64,000 bases of DNA, taken from an uncultured Gammaproteobacteria bacterium. GTDB taxonomy: Bacteria; Patescibacteriota; Microgenomatia; Levybacterales; UBA12049. Positions 38,742 to 46,229 of this stretch are shown here, one piece after another (position 1 is the stretch's first letter; each line of letters starts with the position of its first letter). A program made the translations under genes and the position numbers. Under the pieces are notes generated by a model that ran no database searches, had not been told where the DNA came from, and saw only the letters and a list, made by a program, of their open reading frames with translations. The DNA is taken from the NCBI GenBank assembly GCA_964653195.1, contig CAZZCX010000003.1, positions 11,688 to 75,687 on the forward strand. The letters are read 5' to 3'.

Positions 38742-40048
38742 TATTTATTATTTCTTATTCTTCCAAGCATAGGTTTGTTATCTAGATAAACCAATTGCGC
38801 TTCGCAGACATTTTGCATTTCCTGAAGCACATTAAATGGGATATTTCCGACATAATCATTATTGGAACCGTACCCAGCTATTCCATGCATAGGATTGACA
38901 GTTCTTCCCATAAATTTAGTTGGATGAGGTAGAAAGCTCCACCTATGTGTACTTCTCGTTACGCCTCCATAAACTCTACTCTCGTCTTGATATTCGGGAT
39001 ATTCTGCGGTTAAGCCTTTTTCTTGTACAGCTTGCTTTGCTTTACCCCTCAAAGCCATCATAGCATCTATATGCGTAGTTAAACCAGTTAAATATTGAAG
39101 TGTTTCTTGAGGTAAACTGCCGAAATCGCCACTCATTGCAGATTTTCTAATATAATCTATTGCATCAGGATCTACTCCTTGTGCAATTAAGCCACTGTCG
39201 GGGATGCAATCTAAGAGGGTGTATATCCTTCTCATAAGAGCATTGTTTTGTCTGGGTTCTTTTAATAGTCCAGCAGTTTTATCTTTAGATAAAATTAACT
39301 GGTCTTCATATGCAGCGTGGAATTCATCTCCAATAGGAAGAGCTATTGAATCCCTTAGAGACCTAATACGAATTCGGTCTGAAACTCCTTGTTCTTCTAA
39401 GTATCTAGTTGCAATTAAACGGTTTACTTTAGAATCACTATTATTAAAACCTAAATACGGATCTTCGGGTAATATATCTGTTTCGTCAACGATTGTAAAA
39501 TTTATATTTAAGCCAATTTCCTTTGCTACTCTTCCCATCACTGCTTGATATCTTAACATTTCAAATTCTGCATAATCTATCTTAGTATCTGGAGAGCCTG
39601 TTCTACTAGGCGATTGTGTTTTGCTCAAAGCATAATATTGAACCAGATTTACTCCTATTCCGTTGGCCGCTCGTTCACAAAAATGAGTTATATCTTCTTC
39701 TGTCGGTTTATATGCATCATTCCCGGTGGCGACCCAAGGTTTTATAAATTCAGAATAAAAAGCTCCTGCGACTTTAACTGTGGAATTTGCTGATTCTCTA
39801 ACTCTTACAGGCAATCCTTTTCTCATTTCCTTAATATTTAATCTTTTTTCAATTACCTCAAGCCGTTTGCTTACTTCATCGTCAATATCAAAGGTATTTA
39901 AACCTTCTTTTTTAGCGACTCGTTGTAAATCAAAGTAATATAAATCAGCAGTTCTCTCTTCTTCCGAACGTTTTAAATCTGGACCGAATAATAAATCGCC
40001 TCGCCTAGAATGTGTTATTGGTTTATTTCTTTCAATCGACATAACCAT
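38741..40048 (-). CDS. Divergent isonitrile-synthase-like protein (putative)
   Basis: SK..SP...IDYAE....FTIVDE and NPMHGI parallel the motifs of the adjacent gene. Confidence 0.45.
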   Translation of the reverse strand: MVMSIERNKPITHSRRGDLLFGPDLKRSEEERTADLYYFDLQRVAKKEGLNTFDIDDEVSKRLEVIEKRLNIKEMRKGLPVRVRESANSTVKVAGAFYSEFIKPWVATGNDAYKPTEEDITHFCERAANGIGVNLVQYYALSKTQSPSRTGSPDTKIDYAEFEMLRYQAVMGRVAKEIGLNINFTIVDETDILPEDPYLGFNNSDSKVNRLIATRYLEEQGVSDRIRIRSLRDSIALPIGDEFHAAYEDQLILSKDKTAGLLKEPRQNNALMRRIYTLLDCIPDSGLIAQGVDPDAIDYIRKSAMSGDFGSLPQETLQYLTGLTTHIDAMMALRGKAKQAVQEKGLTAEYPEYQDESRVYGGVTRSTHRWSFLPHPTKFMGRTVNPMHGIAGYGSNNDYVGNIPFNVLQEMQNVCEAQLVYLDNKPMLGRIRNNK

Positions 40049-40071
40049 AAAAAAACCCGCCTATTGGCGGG
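40049..40071 (-). terminator. Attenuator terminator before the isonitrile-synthase-like operon
   Basis: Minus strand CCCGCC-AATA-GGCGGG-T7, abutting the ATG. Confidence 0.85.
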
Positions 40072-40110
40072 GATCCTTTCTTTTGGTTGATACCAAAAAT
40101 CCTCCCGCCC

Positions 40111-40158
40111 TTAGGGGGTAATAAGGAGGACAAAAATCATGTTTAATGCGTGTTTCAT
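40111..40158 (-). CDS. Ile/Val/Leu-rich leader peptide MKHALNMIFVLLITP
   Basis: Hand-translated 15-aa ORF; IFVLLI run; followed by GGGCGGG. Confidence 0.78.
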   Translation of the reverse strand: MKHALNMIFVLLITP

Positions 40159-40172
40159 AAAACCAGAAATTT

Positions 40173-40201
40173 ATTCTAGCACATCATTAATTGCATGACA
40201 A
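40173..40201 (-). promoter_or_regulatory. Sigma70-type promoter of the branched-chain leader
   Basis: TTGTCA-N17-TAGAAT with TGn extended -10. Confidence 0.65.
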
Positions 40202-40226
40202 GTATTTATTTGAATATGAAAAATCT

Positions 40227-41063
40227 TTATGTAAAAATTACTTGTGAGCTAGGCGTTAGTCCAAATTCCTTCGCAGCACTTTCTCCTTGAATCACAAGCT
40301 CAATAAATCGTTTATCTTTATACCCAGAGCTTCCGAGAATTAGCGCTTTATTACCATTAGGTACGTCTCTGAGCCTGGTAAAGCATTTAAATACACCTAA
40401 ATTGGTGTTTATATCTTTTCCATTTTCAAATTCGATTTCTTTCGGAAGAATAGTTGTTTTACAGTTTCCGAAATTATCGACGTACCAAATGGCACTCTTT
40501 ACTTGAGGTACATGGCTAAGGGTGTAGGATGCAGCAGGTACGGTTATCCCGTCCACCAGCCATTTTGCTACTCTTGGCTGGAATTCAAAGCTTCGGAACT
40601 GAGTATTTATTATTTGCATAGCTAGGACGACTGAGATGATTTTATCCTCTGCCATTTTATTTGCGACTTCGGGTATATCTAGCAGTTGAATAGAATTTAT
40701 AAGTCTAAGTTTTTTCACCATTGATAATGTTAACCCATCAATTGTTGAAATAACGAGCGTATCATTGATGTAGAAATATCCAAAAGGAGTGCCGTTAGGC
40801 CATTTTTTCCCCTTGCCATGGCGATTGGCTACGTTTACAAGTATTATTCCTTTTTCGCCATTTGCTGCATCCAGTGTGTCTATAAGGCATCCGGCTGCTT
40901 GGTATTCTGCGGGGTCATGAGAATTATTAGATACAAGATTTCCTCCTACTCCAATTATCGTTGGAGATATTCCGAAAAGTGAACTCACTCTCGTCCCAAG
41001 TCTGGCTTTTACGTTCTCATCGAAGCAATCGTTAATTATAGTAATAAATCTCGTTTTTTCCAT
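40227..41063 (-). CDS. SAM hydroxide adenosyltransferase / SAM-dependent halogenase family (DUF62)
   Basis: C-terminal YVDNFGNCKT, F..L.DVP.G, GSSG....IEL....SAA..FGL. Confidence 0.78.
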   Translation of the reverse strand: MEKTRFITIINDCFDENVKARLGTRVSSLFGISPTIIGVGGNLVSNNSHDPAEYQAAGCLIDTLDAANGEKGIILVNVANRHGKGKKWPNGTPFGYFYINDTLVISTIDGLTLSMVKKLRLINSIQLLDIPEVANKMAEDKIISVVLAMQIINTQFRSFEFQPRVAKWLVDGITVPAASYTLSHVPQVKSAIWYVDNFGNCKTTILPKEIEFENGKDINTNLGVFKCFTRLRDVPNGNKALILGSSGYKDKRFIELVIQGESAAKEFGLTPSSQVIFT

Positions 41064-41084
41064 AAAAAAACCTCCTTTCGGAGG
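41064..41084 (-). terminator. Attenuator terminator before the DUF62 gene
   Basis: Minus strand CCTCC-GAAA-GGAGG-T7, abutting the ATG. Confidence 0.87.
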
Positions 41085-41117
41085 CTGTTCGTAATAGATA
41101 CTATAACGAAACCTCCG

Positions 41118-41162
41118 TTAGGAAGTCATCATTTCCATCATATTTACTGAATAAATTTTCAT
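41118..41162 (-). CDS. Met-rich leader peptide MKIYSVNMMEMMTS
   Basis: Hand-translated 14-aa ORF with ATG ATG GAA ATG ATG; followed by CGGAGG. Confidence 0.87.
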   Translation of the reverse strand: MKIYSVNMMEMMTS

Positions 41163-41248
41163 ATAGATTACTCTACTTTATATACGATTTTAATATCAAA
41201 TTCAATAAGCAAATTGAGTTAATTTTGAATTCTGAATTCTAAATTCTA

Positions 41249-41944
41249 TTATCCTGTTTGCGTTGCTGGAGTGCGTTCGTTATTTAGAGTAAAGCTGGTA
41301 CCATGTTTTTTAGCCATTGCGCCATATTTCTTTAGTGATTTTTTACTTTTCATCACAGAAAGCCACGCGCCAGCATCTTCAACTTTCATTCTTATTTTTC
41401 TGACCTCCAATAGCAACCATTCAAAAAAATTAGTGTAATACTTACCGGATTTGATGGGCTTATCTTCAACAGTAAGGACAGCAAATTCAGCTTTTAAAAT
41501 GCCAGACGAACCAATTAATCGTTTAAGTTCATTCATGATATCTTCTATTCTATTCTCAAGCTGTACAGCCTCACTTCTTGATAATCGTTCTGAGCCCTGA
41601 ATTACCTCAGCTCTATAATTAATTCCTCCCAGAATATCCATTCGCTTTTCGGGTCTTCGACTTTCAGTTTGATTCTTTTTTGTTCTAATATCATGATTTC
41701 TTTTGCTTTTTAAATCTATTGCCTGGCCTTCAATCATTACGCCACTGAAATAATTATCTGATCTTTCAGTACTATCATAGCCTAATAGCTGAGAAATAAA
41801 GTCTGAACCTGTGCCTGATAGCTGATCTTTTATTGCACTTGTAGTTTTTTTTAATTCTGATGCAGCAGTAGAATTATCCAGTTGAGGATCTTTTTCTATA
41901 GGATTAACTTTGCTTATGGCAGGCTGACTGGCTTTTTTGATCAT
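41249..41944 (-). CDS. Conserved hypothetical protein (DUF5660-like)
   Basis: GKYYTNFFEWL...VEDAGAWL...KKHGTSFTLNNERTPATQTG C-terminus, from recall. Confidence 0.6.
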   Translation of the reverse strand: MIKKASQPAISKVNPIEKDPQLDNSTAASELKKTTSAIKDQLSGTGSDFISQLLGYDSTERSDNYFSGVMIEGQAIDLKSKRNHDIRTKKNQTESRRPEKRMDILGGINYRAEVIQGSERLSRSEAVQLENRIEDIMNELKRLIGSSGILKAEFAVLTVEDKPIKSGKYYTNFFEWLLLEVRKIRMKVEDAGAWLSVMKSKKSLKKYGAMAKKHGTSFTLNNERTPATQTG

Positions 41945-41959
41945 ATTGCCCGCACTCTA

Positions 41960-42805
41960 TCACAAGTTTTTCAAAAAATCAAGGGTCTTTTGCTGTCTAA
42001 GTATACTTGCTAGCATATAACTGTTTTTTTGTAAGTTTTCCATCTCTATAGGATCTTTTGCTTTTTGAATTGCTTCTTTAAGCTCTTTATCCTCAATTGT
42101 TATCTTTTCTTCTTCAGCAATTTTTTGAAGGATAAACTCTAGTTTTATGTCACCTTCTGCTTTGACTGCATATTCATTACGTAGTTCTTCTGGCTTTTTT
42201 TGTGTAGACGCAAGATACTGATCAAGCGTAAGTCCTAAACGTTTAATTTCATCTAATGTTTGAGCAAGTAGCCTATCCACTTCCTGTTCAATCATTATTG
42301 TAGGGACTGAAACTGTTGAGGCACCCAAAAGTTCTTTTACGATTTCATCAAGACTTACTTCTTGCTTCTTTTCTTCTTTACCTGGCAAGATTATTTTAGA
42401 TTTGGCAGTAACTTTTTTTATTGCATCTTTATATTTGCCTAGCTTTACTTCAGGCATTTCACAAGTTATAGCAATTATATTCCAGTCTTTATCATCTGGG
42501 AGTGTATCGACATGAATTTTTGGATTCATGATTGGTTTTATTTTATGTTCTTCAACAGCTTTGACATAAGCATTTGGTAGTAGTTTTCTTAGTACTTCTT
42601 CTTTGATCTTAGCTTTATTTATAGTAGGTTCTACTATATGACGGGGTGCTTTTCCTTTTCTGAATCCGGTTATTTCGGCATTAGATACGTAAGTTGTGAT
42701 TATTTCATCTGTAGTTTTTTTTATCTCAGGCTGAGTAATGCTGATCGTTAGATGGATCGTACCATCTTCTTTGCGTTCAAATTTGGAGTTAGATATATTT
42801 GTCAT
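41960..42805 (-). CDS. tig: Trigger factor (PPIase domain absent)
   Basis: GFRKGKAP signature; only 281 aa. Confidence 0.9.
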   Translation of the reverse strand: MTNISNSKFERKEDGTIHLTISITQPEIKKTTDEIITTYVSNAEITGFRKGKAPRHIVEPTINKAKIKEEVLRKLLPNAYVKAVEEHKIKPIMNPKIHVDTLPDDKDWNIIAITCEMPEVKLGKYKDAIKKVTAKSKIILPGKEEKKQEVSLDEIVKELLGASTVSVPTIMIEQEVDRLLAQTLDEIKRLGLTLDQYLASTQKKPEELRNEYAVKAEGDIKLEFILQKIAEEEKITIEDKELKEAIQKAKDPIEMENLQKNSYMLASILRQQKTLDFLKNL

Positions 42806-42815
42806 AGTTTAATAT

Positions 42816-42930
42816 GTGCGGGCGAGAGGATCCTTCGACTATGCTCAGGATCTAACTTACCAGCTTTTTTTCAGTTTCCTCAAATTTAAAACTTCGACTC
42901 TGAGTTTATCGAAGAGTGCGGGCGAGAGGA
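42816..42930. repeat. 15-bp direct repeat of the tRNA-Leu 3' end enclosing two REP-like palindromes
   Basis: GTGCGGGCGAGAGGA at 42816-42830 and 42916-42930. Confidence 0.8.
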
Positions 42931-42997
42931 CTCGGACCTCCACGGATTTCTCCACAAGGTCCTAAACCTTGCGTGTATACCATTTCACCACGCCCGC
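42917..42997 (-). tRNA. tRNA-Leu(TAG), atypical T-loop TCCGAGT
   Basis: CAAGG-TT-TAG-GA-CCTTG, long variable arm, GCGGGCG/CGCCCGC acceptor stem. Confidence 0.9.
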
Positions 42998-43131
42998 AGG
43001 TATATGTCCTCGTCTTCCCTAGGCAAGCTTATTTATTATAAAACATTTTAGACTAAATGAAAATAGATGTATATTTAAATGTATCTAGGTTTACAAAATT
43101 GATTTGAGGATACAATATGGAGTTTTTCCAC

Positions 43132-43211
43132 AAAAAATAGGATCGCCTCAGGTTTGGGCTGAGGCCATCCTATCTAGGCGTGAGTATAGCATTTAACTAT
43201 AGGTTTGTCAA
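43132..43211 (-). ncRNA. Near-consensus promoter plus ~45-nt hairpin/U-tract transcript (candidate sRNA or attenuator)
   Basis: TTGACA-N17-TATACT (43211-43183), then ATAGGATGGCCTCAG-CCCAAAC-CTGAGGCGATCCTAT-TTTTT. Confidence 0.5.
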
Positions 43212-43243
43212 GTAGCAATTTATGATGTTTTTAATACGATTCT

Positions 43244-43822
43244 TTACTGCATTTTTTCCATGAAGTGGTTTACGGAGCGAGCCCAGCTACCATTACTGGA
43301 TGGAGTGTACATGCTCATAATCTGTTCTGGTGTTATAAGTCCCCGATCTCGGTATTTTGTCGCCAACGTTTTTGTTACAGTTTCTATAGCTTGAGGATAA
43401 TTCTCAAATCTGGTTACTTTACCGCCATAAATTCCAAATCCCCAGCAATTATGAGAATCTATAGGAATTTTTTTACATAGATTTGATTCCTGCATTGCTA
43501 TTGCCGGTATTAAGCGAAAATCCATTTCATAATTATCAGCTGTTTGGACTATGAATTCAGCATGAGGCTCAAGCGGTGAATTGTATTTTGAGAGGAATTG
43601 TCTGACCGTTTCTATCCTTCCTTCCTTCAAAATTATGTTACCTGAAAAATTACTTGAAGATGAAGGAAGCGCAGCATATGTAAATGCATTTACTTTTTTG
43701 TCATTTGCATAAACCAATCGATCAGTATCTCTTGGGATTGTGGTTAAGAGGAAAATAAGAGTGAAAAGAAATAAAAATGGCGCTATAAAAGAAAACGTTA
43801 CAAGCAGAATAACTTTTCTCAT
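43244..43822 (-). CDS. Membrane-anchored glucosaminidase/lysozyme-like cell-wall hydrolase
   Basis: N-terminal TM; AIAMQES, HNCWGFG, YTPSS..W. Confidence 0.7.
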   Translation of the reverse strand: MRKVILLVTFSFIAPFLFLFTLIFLLTTIPRDTDRLVYANDKKVNAFTYAALPSSSSNFSGNIILKEGRIETVRQFLSKYNSPLEPHAEFIVQTADNYEMDFRLIPAIAMQESNLCKKIPIDSHNCWGFGIYGGKVTRFENYPQAIETVTKTLATKYRDRGLITPEQIMSMYTPSSNGSWARSVNHFMEKMQ

Positions 43823-43936
43823 CCACTTTATACTTACAAATATTTATCTAGTTGTCAAGTTTTGCGATCAATTTATGAAAAAGATGATATATTTAATTGT
43901 GTGACATAAGATCGTTTGTTACAATACAAATTGCTC

Positions 43937-44022
43937 GCCCTGGTGGTGGAATGGTAGACGCGCTGGCTTCAGGTGCCAGTGTCCGCAAGGACATGGGAGT
44001 TCAAGTCTCCCTCAGGGCACCA
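43937..44022 (+). tRNA. tRNA-Leu(CAG), CCA encoded
   Basis: CTGGC-TT-CAG-GT-GCCAG, long variable arm, GTTCAAG. Confidence 0.95.
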
Positions 44023-44136
44023 GTTTTGCAACGCAAAATACTTTAAACTTATGACTTAAAACTATATTAAAAATAAGTTATAATGCATTAAGTTCTAAGT
44101 TTATAGTTCATTGTTATTTTTACCTTTTAAAAATAC

Positions 44137-44219
44137 GCGGATGTGGTGAAATGGTATACACGCAGCCTTGAGGTGGCTGTGCCGTAAAAAGCGTGGAGGT
44201 TCAAGTCCTCTCATCCGCA
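44137..44219 (+). tRNA. tRNA-Leu(GAG)
   Basis: CAGCC-TT-GAG-GT-GGCTG, long variable arm, GTTCAAG. Confidence 0.95.
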
Positions 44220-44223
44220 CAAA

Positions 44224-44297
44224 GGACGATTAGCTCAGCTGGCTAGAGCGCTTCATTTACACTGAAGAAGTCGGGGGTTCAAATCCCTCATCGTCCA
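44224..44297 (+). tRNA. tRNA-Val(TAC)
   Basis: CTTCA-TT-TAC-AC-TGAAG, GTTCAAA T-loop, GGACGAT/ATCGTCC acceptor stem. Confidence 0.95.
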
Positions 44298-44302
44298 CTA
44301 TA

Positions 44303-44569
44303 ATGCCTTACGTTTATATTTTATTAAGCGAAAAGTACAATACATATTATATTGGGAGTACTAAAGATCTTATTCGTAGGTTAAAAGAACATACCTCAGG
44401 TGCATCAAGATTTACAAAGTATAGACTCCCACTTCGCCTGGTTTTTAGTCAAAAGTATCCAGATATAAAAAATGCCAGATCTGTCGAGAATTGGATTAAA
44501 AAACAAAAAGATAGGAAATTATTAATTAATATAATTAAAGAAGGTAAGATAAATAAAGAATTTGTATAG
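44303..44569 (+). CDS. Stand-alone GIY-YIG nuclease (UPF0213/Slx1-like)
   Basis: YVYIL...YYIGST.DL.RRL.EH..G...FTK...E..IKK. Confidence 0.9.
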   Translation: MPYVYILLSEKYNTYYIGSTKDLIRRLKEHTSGASRFTKYRLPLRLVFSQKYPDIKNARSVENWIKKQKDRKLLINIIKEGKINKEFV

Positions 44570-44625
44570 AGCGGTCCGGTGTACACCGGACAAGTCGGGG
44601 GTTCAAATCCCTCATCGTCCACTAT
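44567..44625 (+). pseudogene. Partial duplicate of tRNA-Val(TAC) with anticodon arm converted into a perfect palindrome
   Basis: TAGAGCG + GTCCGGTGTACACCGGAC + 34 bp identical to 44268-44301. Confidence 0.85.
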
Positions 44626-44660
44626 TTGTAAACTTATTTGTAAATACAATAGTAAATAGA

Positions 44661-45566
44661 TCAAGTGGGTTGAACGCAGACTCTATTCGTAATAAGACTT
44701 ATTATATTCGTTAGCTGATTATTGACAGGTGCATGAAAGTAATCGTTTGGACCTGAAGCCACATTTCTCATCATATTTTGAAGTTTGTCATTTAATTTTG
44801 CATCTGCATGATCATCAGTAAAGGCGATTGTAAATATTCTAGTCCCATTGGCTTTTATTCTCGCTGCTACATCGGTTGGATCTTGATTGGTATCAAAACA
44901 CCGACATGCACTTGCAGCCAGTGGATGTCTCATACAGTATTCACCATTCTGACCCCCGGGGCACAGATTATTCATTTGGCGTGATTCGGGTATTCCATCA
45001 GATATAAATACTAATGAGAATTGGAAATCAGGAAATAAACCTTTTCCTAGGTTGATATTTCTTTCAGCGACAAGGAAAGCATCCCTGCTGTGAGTAGCTG
45101 TCTGTGGGCCCATAGCGCTAACTTCTTCGAGAAAAAGCGTTTTAGATTCATTAAAAATAGAAAAAGGTACCCTTTCTCGTACTTGTTCGCTATATGTCTG
45201 CATGGCGATTGCTCCTGTTGGCGGAAAATATTCCGCAAAAGTACGCAGTGCTGTCTTTAATTGGTCAATTTTCGAATCAGGTTCACCGAATTGCATAGAT
45301 CCTGAATTATCTATAAGAAAGTTTATAGCAGTTTTGTTTTTGCATTGAAGCACTCCAAAGGTACCTAATTGCAACCCTTCCTGCGTAGTGCTTCCTGTTC
45401 CGAAAAGTTCTGTCTCGTATGTGCCTTGATTTGTAAATGGTGACAGTCGTGTGAATACTCCTCCTGCCAGAGCAAATGCCAATATTAAGATCAAAATAAC
45501 AATAAAGTCTCCGCTTATTAGATTGCGTCTTTTTTTACCTTGATTTATATTTATACTTCCTGACAT
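44661..45566 (-). CDS. Membrane-anchored von Willebrand factor A domain protein
   Basis: MIDAS DNSGSM, T, ISDG; N-terminal TM. Confidence 0.85.
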   Translation of the reverse strand: MSGSININQGKKRRNLISGDFIVILILILAFALAGGVFTRLSPFTNQGTYETELFGTGSTTQEGLQLGTFGVLQCKNKTAINFLIDNSGSMQFGEPDSKIDQLKTALRTFAEYFPPTGAIAMQTYSEQVRERVPFSIFNESKTLFLEEVSAMGPQTATHSRDAFLVAERNINLGKGLFPDFQFSLVFISDGIPESRQMNNLCPGGQNGEYCMRHPLAASACRCFDTNQDPTDVAARIKANGTRIFTIAFTDDHADAKLNDKLQNMMRNVASGPNDYFHAPVNNQLTNIISLITNRVCVQPT

Positions 45567-45572
45567 AGCTTA

Positions 45573-45938
45573 TTATAAAGGTTGTGGTCCAGGTGGTTTA
45601 GGTTTCTTGGTCGGCTTACTACCGCCGTTGTTATTTCCATTATTATTTTCGTCGTCATCATCCGGGGTTCTGGTAGGTCTTGGTGTAGGGGTGACAGTGA
45701 CTACGATAAACGTACACGCATGTAGATTGTCTCCCTTACAGCTTGGATCAGGAATAGTTATGTATTCGGTGGTGATTCGAGTCCGGGGAGTGTTAGGTAT
45801 GAACAAAAAACCACCAATAACAAGGCTACCTGCTGCTATTGCGAGTATTATACTTATCCACCCTATTCCTTTTGCTTTTAGAATTTTCTTATTTTTTATG
45901 TGTTTAGTTTTATTTTTTAAACTTATTTTTTTTCTCAT
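45573..45938 (-). CDS. Hypothetical membrane protein with Pro/Thr and Asn-rich tail
   Basis: Basic N-terminus, TM, low-complexity C-terminus; directly upstream of the vWA gene. Confidence 0.65.
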   Translation of the reverse strand: MRKKISLKNKTKHIKNKKILKAKGIGWISIILAIAAGSLVIGGFLFIPNTPRTRITTEYITIPDPSCKGDNLHACTFIVVTVTPTPRPTRTPDDDDENNNGNNNGGSKPTKKPKPPGPQPL

Positions 45939-46036
45939 CTAATTAAAGAGTAGATGAGCATTTTATTAAAGTCAAGTAAACTCTAAGCATATTGTCATAC
46001 GTCAGTAAAATTGCTATTATAAGTTGGTTCAGAAAT

Positions 46037-46109
46037 GCCGAGGTAGCCAAGGTGGTCACGGCGGGTGTCTGAAGAACATCAGATATGTGTTCAACTCACA
46101 TCCTCGGCA
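46037..46109 (+). tRNA. tRNA-Phe(GAA)
   Basis: GGTGT-CT-GAA-GA-ACATC; GCCGAGG/CCTCGGC acceptor stem. Confidence 0.92.
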
Positions 46110-46229
46110 CTTAAAATATAATTGATTTCTGTATATTATTTGTTTGAAAATTAAAAGAATCTGATTACTTTTTATCAAAGTGGAGAGATTTTTGCATCAA
46201 AAATATAGTATTCCTGCTAAATTTTTTTA

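Noticed and set aside
15253-41162. T-box riboswitch explanation for the leader terminators
   Set aside because: Leaders are too short for stem I and I found no AAnnnGGGTGGnACC T-box motif; biased uORFs explain them better.
35076-41247. Heptamer tandem repeats (35076-35110, 41221-41247) as CRISPR or iterons
   Set aside because: No spacers and no cas or rep genes; low-complexity intergenic repeats.
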